From positions 1 through 51,909 of the IMG/VR virus record IMGVR_UViG_3300025965_000001: a stretch of DNA of 51,909 bases; one strand, given 5' to 3'. Shown here piece after piece: positions 35,829 to 45,319 of the stretch (position 1 is the stretch's first letter; every line of letters begins with the position of its first letter). Position numbers and translations under genes: made by a program. Source of the DNA: a virus (taxonomy: Duplodnaviria > Caudoviricetes). Below the pieces are notes generated by a model. The model was not told where the DNA came from and ran no database searches. It saw nothing but the letters and a program-made list of their open reading frames with translations.

Positions 35829-36341
35829 ATGCAAATAATGAACATTACTATTCCCGATAGTGTCTCCGCCACTCTCGACCTTTTGGGCGATCCTGCCAAG
35901 TACAAAAAGCTACTAGCCGACTTGAAAGCTATGCTAGACGAGATCAATAGCCGCATGGAGGCGTATAAAAGCTACTCATCCGCTGATGGTTACATTGCCG
36001 ACGCCCAGGCGTTGAAAGCCGAGGCACTTCGGGAGATAGAGGAAGCCAAGGGTTTTTCCGCCGATGCCAAGCAGAGAATAGACAAGGCGGCGTTTGCCCT
36101 TAAGAAGAAAACGCACGACTTACAGGTGATGATAGCCGAGCGTACTCAGGCACTGGACGACAGAGAGAAGTATCTTGAGGGATTCGCGCAGGGGTTGAAT
36201 ACCCGCGAACTGGAGGCAACACGCTTGCATAAAGAAGCGGAGGGCATGATAGAACAGGCAGCGGAGAGAATGAGATTAGCCGATGAGGTTATTGAGCAAT
36301 ATCGGACAAAGGCGGCAAAGCTGAGAGAACTAGCAGCATGA
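35829..36341 (+). CDS. Coiled-coil hypothetical protein
   Basis: GAGGTG RBS; heptad pattern. Confidence 0.65.
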   Translation: MQIMNITIPDSVSATLDLLGDPAKYKKLLADLKAMLDEINSRMEAYKSYSSADGYIADAQALKAEALREIEEAKGFSADAKQRIDKAAFALKKKTHDLQVMIAERTQALDDREKYLEGFAQGLNTRELEATRLHKEAEGMIEQAAERMRLADEVIEQYRTKAAKLRELAA

Positions 36342-36541
36342 AAACATTGTGTTGGGTATGCAATATCAATGAGGCAAGGGCGGGGTCCGCCCAAATGAAC
36401 AGAATGTGCGACGAGTGTTATTTTGCCGACGATATCGGAACCAGGCTCAACTTGTCGCGATGTAGGGATAATTTGCTAACGGCTATTGATGAGCTGAAAG
36501 CATGTATACAAGCCCGCAAGTCGCTTACCTCTATCAGGTAG
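36338..36541 (+). CDS. Small zinc-finger protein
   Basis: CWVC...CDEC; ATGA coupling. Confidence 0.5.
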   Translation: MKTLCWVCNINEARAGSAQMNRMCDECYFADDIGTRLNLSRCRDNLLTAIDELKACIQARKSLTSIR

Positions 36542-37215
36542 CGGGAACCTTACCGCCACCGCAGCCGCCGACCACGGAAGTCATAGCGGCGCGCGTAGTG
36601 GTGGGCAACCTTGATGGAACAATCTTCACACATGGCCTAGAAACCCTTGACGTGGTTCATGCCTTCACGCCTAGCCGGGGCTGGTATACCTCGGTTTATT
36701 TCGATCCTAACCTACAGACAACCGGCTCCTTCCGTACTTTCTTTTCAGTGCCTTCGCCCTACCGGGCAGCGACTATCGACTATGTGGTAAGCAAGGGAAC
36801 GGGCGTCACGGTGCCGCCGGACGCCACGAGCTACACGATTAACCACGGCTACAACGACGCCTCGGCGGTGGTGCTTGTTTCGACTAACTGGAACACCCAG
36901 ATTTATAAGAGCACCAAGACAGCCAATACCTTGCTAGTCAACTTCAGCGTCCCGGCGCCTGCCGGCGCGCGGCTCTTTTACTCGAATCATTACAGCGCCT
37001 ATGACTATCTAACCTCGGGCGAGGCCGTGGCGGATTGGGCCGAGTCCCATGTGCTGACTCATAACTTGGGCAAGGCGGGCTTGCCTGTCTTTGCGCTTCC
37101 CTCCTGGCCTACGGTAGTGACGGCGGGGGTTAAGGGCGACACCCAGACGGAGATTCACTTCTCAGTGGCTGCACCTCCGGGCGGGACGGTGGACGCAATG
37201 GTCAAATTCATATGA
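36502..37215 (+). CDS. Putative tail/structural protein with three short beta repeats
   Basis: FTHGL, INHGY, LTHNLG repeats each followed by FSVP/FSVA. Confidence 0.6.
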   Translation: MYTSPQVAYLYQVAGTLPPPQPPTTEVIAARVVVGNLDGTIFTHGLETLDVVHAFTPSRGWYTSVYFDPNLQTTGSFRTFFSVPSPYRAATIDYVVSKGTGVTVPPDATSYTINHGYNDASAVVLVSTNWNTQIYKSTKTANTLLVNFSVPAPAGARLFYSNHYSAYDYLTSGEAVADWAESHVLTHNLGKAGLPVFALPSWPTVVTAGVKGDTQTEIHFSVAAPPGGTVDAMVKFI

Positions 37216-38216
37216 GCACCTCAATCGAGCCAGTAACATTTAGCGACCTCCAGAACGATTTGGTGACTCGTATCCGTGGATCGGCCTCCAGTTCTGTCAC
37301 AACGGAAAAAATAAAGCGGGCGTTGAACATTGCCCTAACTGATATTCACCTAGCGCCGGGCAACAAGTTTTCTTGGGCCGAGCGGCCCGCAACGCTTATA
37401 ACTCACGCACCCTATTCCGACGGGACTGTCTCAATATCTACAGCAGCAAGAACGACCATCCTCGGTGTCGGCACCCTCTGGAATACCGCAGTGACAGGCT
37501 TCGGTTTCAACAACGTACGCGCGGGCGGGCAAATTAAAGTCGGCACCTCGGAAGAGATCTACACGGTTTCGGCAGTAACGAACGACACAACGCTAACAAT
37601 CGACTCTCCCTATACGGGGGACGCCATTACTAACGTGTCCTACCAGTATTGGGAGAATGAGTATGCCTTGGCCAGCGACTTTCTACGATTTGTCGATCTT
37701 AACGTATTCTCAGCAGAGGCGAATATACCCCTTGTTGGCGCTTCTGACTTTAGACGATATTGGGGAAGACGTGATATCAGCGGACGAAAGCCGCAGATGG
37801 CTTGCCAGGTCCAGCTTGGCTTTTCTGGCTCAACCGAACCGCAGCACCGTGTCGTTCTCCGTCCGTATCCCGATAGAGTTTATAGCCTGAAATATCAGTA
37901 CGTGACGAGGAACCTGGCCGTGACCTCAGCTGGCGTGGCGCAGCAAAGCATGGTGGAAGATTCAGATGAGCCTATTATCCCTCGCGGTAAGCGGCACTCG
38001 ATCGTTCTCCATGCCCTCTATAACCTCTACCGCGACGACGGCGACGATGCGCGTTCGCAGGAAGTCAAGGCCGAATACAACCAGCTCATGCAGCGGTTGA
38101 TTGGCGACATGCCGAGGAGCCAAGACCGGGCGCGGTTCGTGTACGGCGCGAAGCGGGGCGGATATAGATCGCGGCGGTTCGATATCGGCGGACGGTTCGA
38201 CACTTTGGATGATTAG
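37212..38216 (+). CDS. Head-tail adaptor (podovirus gp4-like position) with inserted beta domain
   Basis: TFSDLQNDLV...IKRALNIA; EYALASDF; LRPYPD; DEPIIP. Confidence 0.7.
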   Translation: MSTSIEPVTFSDLQNDLVTRIRGSASSSVTTEKIKRALNIALTDIHLAPGNKFSWAERPATLITHAPYSDGTVSISTAARTTILGVGTLWNTAVTGFGFNNVRAGGQIKVGTSEEIYTVSAVTNDTTLTIDSPYTGDAITNVSYQYWENEYALASDFLRFVDLNVFSAEANIPLVGASDFRRYWGRRDISGRKPQMACQVQLGFSGSTEPQHRVVLRPYPDRVYSLKYQYVTRNLAVTSAGVAQQSMVEDSDEPIIPRGKRHSIVLHALYNLYRDDGDDARSQEVKAEYNQLMQRLIGDMPRSQDRARFVYGAKRGGYRSRRFDIGGRFDTLDD

Positions 38217-39830
38217 ATGCCAGATTCTTTTTACCCGACTATTGTGCTTCAACTAGGAAGTTGTGGCTATGCGACCGACTTACCTCAACAGGCGCGCAAC
38301 TTAACCCACTATACAAGATTAGATTCGGTCATCTTTGAGCCAGGCAACCAGCTTAGAAAGTTTGGCGGTGCGGAGAAGGTGAACAGCGTTGCCATAAGCG
38401 GGATAACGGGATGCGTGGACTACTGGAAAGGCGGGGGCGCCACCGCCTTCACTCAGAAATTTGTTGTTACTACCAGCGATGGACATGTCTATAAAGAGGA
38501 CATGGATGGCACCTTTGACGATGTGACGGGCGGGATGACGGTGCCAAACTCGATGCCCGTTTTCTGTGTGGCCGGCGGGCTCCTCACTATCTGGTTCTCT
38601 ACCGGCACACATGCACCATTAAAGTGGAATCAAACCGGAAATGCGGCACTCTTGGGCGGAAGCCCACCGAATGGCAAGGGCATGATCTATGCCTATAAGC
38701 GCGGCTTCGCTTGGTTGGGTTCGCGCCTTTACTATTCGGCGGGCGGCAACATTGAGGACTGGACGGGCGCCGATACTGGCTCGATTGACATTAGCCCGGA
38801 TGACGGCGATGAAATTGTCGGCGCGGTGCTATTCAAAAAGACGATCTTTATTTTCAAGGGGCCGAACAATGGATCGATCCACACAATTAGCGGCACTTCG
38901 CCCACCGGGTCCGATGCATTCGTACTCGCGCCTTTTTCGGCAGGCATACCTTTACAGTCTCATAATTCCATTGTTCCTATTGGCAGCCAGCGCGTGGGTG
39001 ATGCTGCTGCTGATATTAGTTTTATGTCTCCCCGCGGGATTCATTTACTCAGCGCTGTTCAACAATACGGAGACTTTCAGGAGTCTGACATTACGCGCTA
39101 TCTTAAAAGGCACTTCCGGGAGAACGTGAATCGGAACTATTTCAACCGCGTCTGGGGTGTCAATTACCGGGAGAAGTCATGCTTGTTGTGGACGACGACC
39201 TTAGCTAGTAGCGCCTCGAACGATCAGCTTTTCGGGATATCTTATGCGCGGCTGCAGGAAGACGGATGGAAGCCTTTCACGGTTAGCCGGCCATGCCAAA
39301 GCCTGGCGATTAGGAAAAATCCGGTGAGCCGGATTGATGAGATTATCACGGGCAACGCCGATGGGTTTGTGAGGCGCCAGGACATACTAGACAGAAACAT
39401 TGACGGCGTAGCATACAACATGGATGTGGTGACACCGCGTCTTATTCTTGCTGCGGCTGACAAAACTGGTAAAAGCCGGGGGGATCAGCCGGTTGTGCTC
39501 GATAGGTGTTTTATCCGGGCCGATTCTACGGGCAGTTACAATTTAGGGGTTACAATAGAGAGAGACAATGAGCCGAGTGACAATTACGTATTTGGTCTAG
39601 GAATAGACATGTCAGGGTTTATTTTAGATCAATCGTTGCTCGACGATGGCCTAATCGGTGGGGATGCAATCGAATTGTCTTGGTCCGACCCTCCACTTGT
39701 GGGGGAATGTAGAACAGTTCGGTTCCGTCTGTCACAGAACGGAGTCGATGAGGATGCGAGTTTGATAGAATTGGGGATTGAGTGCAATCCAGCGGCGCAA
39801 TCGAACAGATCACCGGCAACGGGAATATAA
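38217..39830 (+). CDS. Tail nozzle/stabilisation protein (P22 gp10-like beta-propeller)
   Basis: SRLYYSA, DGDEIVG, IFIFK, FMSPRGIH propeller-blade motifs; synteny. Confidence 0.72.
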   Translation: MPDSFYPTIVLQLGSCGYATDLPQQARNLTHYTRLDSVIFEPGNQLRKFGGAEKVNSVAISGITGCVDYWKGGGATAFTQKFVVTTSDGHVYKEDMDGTFDDVTGGMTVPNSMPVFCVAGGLLTIWFSTGTHAPLKWNQTGNAALLGGSPPNGKGMIYAYKRGFAWLGSRLYYSAGGNIEDWTGADTGSIDISPDDGDEIVGAVLFKKTIFIFKGPNNGSIHTISGTSPTGSDAFVLAPFSAGIPLQSHNSIVPIGSQRVGDAAADISFMSPRGIHLLSAVQQYGDFQESDITRYLKRHFRENVNRNYFNRVWGVNYREKSCLLWTTTLASSASNDQLFGISYARLQEDGWKPFTVSRPCQSLAIRKNPVSRIDEIITGNADGFVRRQDILDRNIDGVAYNMDVVTPRLILAAADKTGKSRGDQPVVLDRCFIRADSTGSYNLGVTIERDNEPSDNYVFGLGIDMSGFILDQSLLDDGLIGGDAIELSWSDPPLVGECRTVRFRLSQNGVDEDASLIELGIECNPAAQSNRSPATGI

Positions 39831-39833
39831 AAA

Positions 39834-40499
39834 ATGGCACTTCCTAGAATAAAAGTTTGGGGATTTAGGGAAGAATTGACTTCAGCCGATCTTAACGGTG
39901 AAATTAATAACATTCTAAACAACGCGTTGACACTGATTTCGCCCTTGACGGGCAATCTAAACGCCAACAATAATCAGGTGCAGAACGTATCAACGCTTTC
40001 ATTTAATGCCGGTGGATCTATCACGAAATCAACAATCGGCGCCGATCAGTGGATCAACCTAAACGGCGTGGCTGCAGGCGGAGTAATCTTCAACTATGGC
40101 GCGACTCAGGCCGGACAGATAACAAGCGGGCGGCTTCTCTGGGGCACGCTTCAAACGACGGGATCAAGCGCTGGTGATATTATCATTGGCAATGGGAAAA
40201 AATACGGGTTTGTCCAGGCCGATGGCTCGACAAGTACACAAGCGGGAATACTTTTAGACGGCTCCAATGCGCTCCATTTAGGTTCTCCCGGCAGTTCCTT
40301 TAGCTTTAACTTTGGAGCTAATCAAGGAATAGTTTTCCAATGGGCGAACGGACCACAGATAAACTTTGTTGTTGACAGTATTACGCCAGTACCACTCGCG
40401 GGTCAGGCGGTTATCTACCAGCGTACAACAGGCGGGGTAAAGGAATTATGCGCCACGTTCGGGAACGGCATAACCAAGGTGATAACTGATGACACATGA
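39834..40499 (+). CDS. Tail needle/fibre-like protein
   Basis: EELTSADLNGEINNI...LTGNLNANNNQVQNV fibre N-terminus. Confidence 0.62.
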   Translation: MALPRIKVWGFREELTSADLNGEINNILNNALTLISPLTGNLNANNNQVQNVSTLSFNAGGSITKSTIGADQWINLNGVAAGGVIFNYGATQAGQITSGRLLWGTLQTTGSSAGDIIIGNGKKYGFVQADGSTSTQAGILLDGSNALHLGSPGSSFSFNFGANQGIVFQWANGPQINFVVDSITPVPLAGQAVIYQRTTGGVKELCATFGNGITKVITDDT

Positions 40500-40659
40500 C
40501 CAACTTGAGATTGCAATGGCGCAACTCCAAGCCTCAGTGAACACACTCAGCGAGGCGATGGGTAAGCTGGGAGCCGTAGACGGATTGGAATGGATTCAGG
40601 ATTTAAGGGAGTGGGTGTTGAAGGCAAAGTTAGATGATCTCAGGAAAAACCCGCGTTAA
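40489..40659 (+). CDS. Small coiled-coil protein (56 aa)
   Basis: Own translation MTHDQLEIAMAQLQASVNTLSEAMG...; AAGGTG upstream. Confidence 0.5.
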   Translation: MTHDQLEIAMAQLQASVNTLSEAMGKLGAVDGLEWIQDLREWVLKAKLDDLRKNPR

Positions 40660-40996
40660 TATCCGCCCGTTCGAGATTCAGGATTTAGCCTGGTTAAAGC
40701 CCATTGCTGATGCCTATCACGAGTGGGACGACTTTATTCATGTGCTACAGCGGAAAGTAGTTGTTACGGCATTTGTTGTACCGGGCAAGGCTTTGGCGAT
40801 CTTATTTAAAGACGATGGTCGCTATATCGCGGCAGGGATAACGGGCCGGCAAGGAATCAAAGATTTCATAAGAATGTCTAAAACTTGCCTCGAACCGTTG
40901 CACGAAATGGAGATTCCCATTTTCCATTATCAAAATGTTGGGCCATGGCACAAAAAACTTTATCGTCAACTTGGCGTGAAGGAGGTTGAAAGATGA
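40634..40996 (+). CDS. GNAT-fold-like protein (P22 gp14 / T7 gp13-like position)
   Basis: IRPFEIQDL N-terminus, KLYRQLG C-terminus; precedes ejection genes. Confidence 0.55.
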   Translation: MISGKTRVNIRPFEIQDLAWLKPIADAYHEWDDFIHVLQRKVVVTAFVVPGKALAILFKDDGRYIAAGITGRQGIKDFIRMSKTCLEPLHEMEIPIFHYQNVGPWHKKLYRQLGVKEVER

Positions 40997-41319
40997 ACCA
41001 AAGACACACAGGACTAACTTATAGCACCGCTAACTGGCCGGGGCTTCCAGGGCCGAAAGGTCCGCCCATGAATAGGGTAGGGTTCGCGGAGCCTAAATGT
41101 TACGCCAAGCAGGAAATGAACTCCGATGTGAACAAGATTTTACCCACTATCGGTGGCGTTATCGGCAGTGTTGTCGGTGCCTACTTCGGCGGGCCGATGG
41201 GAGCTATGATCGGCAATCAGGCGGGACAGCAAGGCGGCACGGACTTAGCTGGAGTTATTAAGGGTGAAAAAAATCCGTTTGAAGTCCTGTTGATCCCGCC
41301 CGATATGAGGCAAGGATAA
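40993..41319 (+). CDS. Small ejection/DNA-transfer protein (gp7-like, glycine zipper)
   Basis: GGVIGSVVGAYFGGPMGAMIG; AAGGAGG RBS. Confidence 0.55.
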   Translation: MNQRHTGLTYSTANWPGLPGPKGPPMNRVGFAEPKCYAKQEMNSDVNKILPTIGGVIGSVVGAYFGGPMGAMIGNQAGQQGGTDLAGVIKGEKNPFEVLLIPPDMRQG

Positions 41320-41326
41320 AAAAATT

Positions 41327-42262
41327 ATGGGTGGATTCGGCGGTTCTAGCCAGAAACAAGAAAGTCAATCGTGGTCCACGCCGGCAATGCCGTCTGCGGA
41401 AGAATCGCAGGCGCGTTCAATGCAGAACCTTATCAACGAGCTGCAGCTTCAACAGTCAGGATATCGCGCCACGCCCGGCGCCGGCTTTGATGCTCAGAAA
41501 TACCTTGCTGCAAATCCTGATGTGGCGGCCGATCCTTACTTTAGTCAAAACCCCTACCAACATTGGCTGAGGCATGGGCAAGCAGAAGGACGACCCGGAG
41601 GGCCGACGGAGGCGAGTTTGACGCAGATACCGGAGTCCGAATGGACACCCGAGCAAAAGCAGCAGGCTGCTATCAATCAAAAGATTCAGGACTATGTGTT
41701 AGGGCAGATCGATCAAGCAACGAACGGGCCATCACCGGAGACGAGAAAGATTGTCGGAGATATCTATTCGGCGCAACGCACTAAGGGCGAGCAGGAAATC
41801 AGCCGGTTCATAGGCTCGGAGGCGGCGGCGCGTGGCATGAACCTGAGTGACACGCCAATATTAAGAGAACTGGGCCTAGCAACCACCGATCTTGAAACCG
41901 GACTCCGCGGCGCCGAAGCGTCAAGCCTTTTGAACGTGGGGCAAGCCAACCAGACTTTCGCCGCTAACTTAAACGCATTTCAACAAAACTTACGCCAACA
42001 AGCCTATCTTAATAGACTCAACCTGGGGGCGAGTTACGGGAACATGGCAACGAACTTAGCTAGTTTGCGATACGGCACGGCGGGGCGAAGCAGCACAGGA
42101 ACGGGTGTCGGTTCTAGTGGTGCCAATACCATGATGGGAGTTGGCGGTTTAATGCAGGGCGCGGGAAGTTTATTTTCAAGCGGCTCCGGTGGAACTCCTA
42201 GCGCAGCCTCAAACATGGGTAGCGGGCTAATGGACCTGTTTGGCGGCATGTTCGGCGGATAA
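41327..42262 (+). CDS. Ejection/DNA-transfer protein
   Basis: Gly/Ser/Gln-rich helical protein; contains FDAQKYLAANPDVA...HGQAEGR module. Confidence 0.62.
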   Translation: MGGFGGSSQKQESQSWSTPAMPSAEESQARSMQNLINELQLQQSGYRATPGAGFDAQKYLAANPDVAADPYFSQNPYQHWLRHGQAEGRPGGPTEASLTQIPESEWTPEQKQQAAINQKIQDYVLGQIDQATNGPSPETRKIVGDIYSAQRTKGEQEISRFIGSEAAARGMNLSDTPILRELGLATTDLETGLRGAEASSLLNVGQANQTFAANLNAFQQNLRQQAYLNRLNLGASYGNMATNLASLRYGTAGRSSTGTGVGSSGANTMMGVGGLMQGAGSLFSSGSGGTPSAASNMGSGLMDLFGGMFGG

Positions 42263-43993
42263 ATGGCGCTCTTTGACGATCCAATGGGGTTTAATGCCGA
42301 AGCGGGGCAGGCTTTAACTAGCCTTGCTTCCGAGTCTCCTGTGCAAGGCGAGATACCACCACCGGCTGCACTGCCATCGGGCGCTGGCGGGGGATTCCTG
42401 TCTAGCGGCGCATATTCTGTACCAACGCCCAAACCCTCAACAGACTGGGGCGCAATCATCTCCAAGGTGGGACAAGCGATCACGGCGGGTGGTGCGGGCT
42501 TCGCGGGCAACCCGAACTATTTAGAGACGGTTAAGAGAACCGAAATTGCTGCAATGGAGGAGCAGAGGCGGGCCGCTGAGGATGAGCAGAGATTGCAGTT
42601 AGCTAAACTCTCCTCATTTCCTAAGATAATGGCAGGCATTGCAGAACTGAGCGTGTCCACTCCTGAGCAGTTAGACGCAGCATCAAAGTCTATTGCGAAG
42701 ATGGTAAACGGCGCTTATGGCACAGCGTTTGACCCGGATTACTTCAAGCACTTGCTTAGCGACAAAAACGCAATGGAGTACATAAAGCAAACGGCGCCGG
42801 ACTTGGTAGAGCAAGCGTCGAAGTTGCCACCGGCAGAATTGAAGCGACTTACATCGAATACCGAGGCATTTAAACTTTGGACGACGACGCAATATAAGCA
42901 AGCTGCTGATGAAGCGGTGATGCAACTTTCAGGTTTGATGGAGAACGCCAAAGCGGGTGGCAATCAAGAGGATTTGCAGAAATTAAAGGAGCTTAATCCT
43001 GTTCAAGCGTCAAGGCACTTGCCGGGCGTAAAATTCCTAACAGAAGATCAACTAGCGCAGTTGAAAAACATCGGTTACGACAATTTTAAAACTAAGGCGA
43101 TGATTACGAAGGAGTCGGACGCGGCCGCGGGTGGCGGTGGAACTAAAACCATGACGGGCTATGCCGAGTTGCTTTTTAAGAAGTCAGACCTCAAGGATTT
43201 GACCGAGCAGGAAAACAAAGACTTACTCGCCTATATGAGCGCCAGCAGCGACGAAAAGGAACTCATTAATCTGGCCCGGCAGAAAAATCCCAATGCTAGC
43301 ATTTCTGAATTATTGGCGGGTGCGCGGGCGGGCTCACGGGAACAAAAAATCAATCTGGCGGTTAACATTGCCGGCGGCCAAGCGCAGGCTCGGGAAGTGG
43401 GGGCAGAGACAGGTAGGCAATCCGTATTAGCCTCACGCCTCGATCGAATTACTAAAGAAGCAGAGGCGGGAAATGCAGGGCGCCCGCTTGATCCTACTAC
43501 ACTTGACAGGGTTGGCAATCTCCTTGGGGCAAGGCGGCAAACGGCTGTAGTAGAAGCTAACTTTAGTCCTGAATTTTTAGGACCAGTAAAAGGAACGCAA
43601 GCAGCATTCGAAGCGCGGCGGCGAGTTGGTAGTTATGTCGGAACGCCATTGGGACAACAGGAAACGACATTCCGTCAATCCCTAGCTGACATCAAGGATA
43701 TGTTACTTAGAGCTAGATCAGGTGCGCAAATAAATGAGCAGGAATATGCTCGCTTATCGCAGATGCTACCTGCCGCAACTGATGAAGAAACGGTATTTAA
43801 GGCGGGACTTTCTCGGTTCGATTTGGAAATGAAAAAGATTATTGAGGATAGGATTGGCCTCGCGCAGACGCCAAGGGGGAAATTGAGTGCTACAACGCCT
43901 TCAGCACCGACTGTAATTAAAGGGAAATCTTTAAGCGGTAAGCCTATCTATTCCACCGATGGTGGCAAATCATGGCTATATGGGACACCGTAA
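42263..43993 (+). CDS. Large ejection/internal virion protein
   Basis: Helical, Cys-free; LRARSGAQINEQEYARL motif; synteny. Confidence 0.65.
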   Translation: MALFDDPMGFNAEAGQALTSLASESPVQGEIPPPAALPSGAGGGFLSSGAYSVPTPKPSTDWGAIISKVGQAITAGGAGFAGNPNYLETVKRTEIAAMEEQRRAAEDEQRLQLAKLSSFPKIMAGIAELSVSTPEQLDAASKSIAKMVNGAYGTAFDPDYFKHLLSDKNAMEYIKQTAPDLVEQASKLPPAELKRLTSNTEAFKLWTTTQYKQAADEAVMQLSGLMENAKAGGNQEDLQKLKELNPVQASRHLPGVKFLTEDQLAQLKNIGYDNFKTKAMITKESDAAAGGGGTKTMTGYAELLFKKSDLKDLTEQENKDLLAYMSASSDEKELINLARQKNPNASISELLAGARAGSREQKINLAVNIAGGQAQAREVGAETGRQSVLASRLDRITKEAEAGNAGRPLDPTTLDRVGNLLGARRQTAVVEANFSPEFLGPVKGTQAAFEARRRVGSYVGTPLGQQETTFRQSLADIKDMLLRARSGAQINEQEYARLSQMLPAATDEETVFKAGLSRFDLEMKKIIEDRIGLAQTPRGKLSATTPSAPTVIKGKSLSGKPIYSTDGGKSWLYGTP

Positions 43994-45319
43994 ATGGCTG
44001 AAGCTGTACCACGAGAAGATTTGCCCCAATCGGTCCCTTCTAGCGATTTGCCGTCCGGCTTGATTCCTAATCTTTCACCCGAAGGTTCTACTCTCTCGAC
44101 AATCATGGACATAGTGAAAGCTACGCCCATGCCCATAGCCGGACAAATAGTTGGTGCTCGGGTTGGGTTAGCCCTTGGTGGCCCTATGGGCGTGATTCCT
44201 GGCGAGGTTATCGGTGGTATGGTGGGCGAAGGAGCCAATCAGTTAGCGGGCATTACGCCGCCGAGTCTAGCTAATATTGGTTGGGCAGGTGCATCCGGTC
44301 CTATCGGGCGCGCAGCAGGGGCGGTGATCAAGGGCGTCGGTACGGGCGCTCTGAAATCCTTTGCTGGCCGCGATGCAGTGGCGGAGGCTGCTAACCGAGT
44401 ATTTGAAAAGGTCTTAGGGCCTGCTAGCCCATCTAGCGTGCTTTTTAAAAAGCTCCATGAGGCTTCGGCTATAATTCCTACAGGCGATATTGCCAGGACA
44501 ACGAGCAGTATCTTGGCGGCTGAGGGGCAGCAGGCAAAGCTTGGAGTCAACCAGGCTATAAAGGATGCTGTTAGCGCGATTGATGATCTAGTTAAGGCAA
44601 ATCCCGAGGGTATCGCATCCAATGTGCTCCAAACGGAAATTAATCGAATTAGCGGGCTAGCGAGCAAAGCATTAGAGAACAGGGATACGATTGATCTCGG
44701 TCGCAAGCTCTTTGAAGTGCGCGGTGCCATGCTTGACGCTTTGGAAAAATCGGGCATGGCGGGTAGGGCAGCGATGGCGGCATTTAGGCGCGAGCAGGGA
44801 ATCAAAGACCTTGCATATATCGTTGGCCGCGCGCATCCGGTGAAAGGTTTTAATGAGGCGCTGGCGAATAATAAGTTGCTTGCGGGTACGTTTCCAACAG
44901 AAGTGGAGCGGGAATCTATCCGGCAAATACTGGGTAGAGTATCAACGGCAACATGGTCGGGGTTTAGCGGCGTTGCGGGAAGATTGGCAGCGGGCTATGG
45001 AGTCGGAACAATATTCGGAGGGATACCGGGTATTATAACAGCGGCGGCGCTGCCGGAAGCAGTGGCGCGCTTAGTGGCAAATCCCGCCGGTAGGGTCCTC
45101 ATGGACAATGCTCTAAAAAATCCCAGGCCGATGCTTAATTTCGGTACGTTCATGGCGGGCGCTGTGCAGGCAATTCGCGCGCAGGCTTCAAGCGATCCAA
45201 CTACTGCGGCGGCTATAGCTGAGAGCATCAGGAGTCCTGGTACGATAGGAGAGAAGATGCAGATTATTACGGAGTTTGACGCCATGAAAGCGGCCGCAAA
45301 GAACTTGAGGACTCAGTGA
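43994..45319 (+). CDS. Ejection/internal virion protein with glycine-zipper hydrophobic segments
   Basis: GxxxG repeats, Ala-rich helices; synteny. Confidence 0.62.
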   Translation: MAEAVPREDLPQSVPSSDLPSGLIPNLSPEGSTLSTIMDIVKATPMPIAGQIVGARVGLALGGPMGVIPGEVIGGMVGEGANQLAGITPPSLANIGWAGASGPIGRAAGAVIKGVGTGALKSFAGRDAVAEAANRVFEKVLGPASPSSVLFKKLHEASAIIPTGDIARTTSSILAAEGQQAKLGVNQAIKDAVSAIDDLVKANPEGIASNVLQTEINRISGLASKALENRDTIDLGRKLFEVRGAMLDALEKSGMAGRAAMAAFRREQGIKDLAYIVGRAHPVKGFNEALANNKLLAGTFPTEVERESIRQILGRVSTATWSGFSGVAGRLAAGYGVGTIFGGIPGIITAAALPEAVARLVANPAGRVLMDNALKNPRPMLNFGTFMAGAVQAIRAQASSDPTTAAAIAESIRSPGTIGEKMQIITEFDAMKAAAKNLRTQ

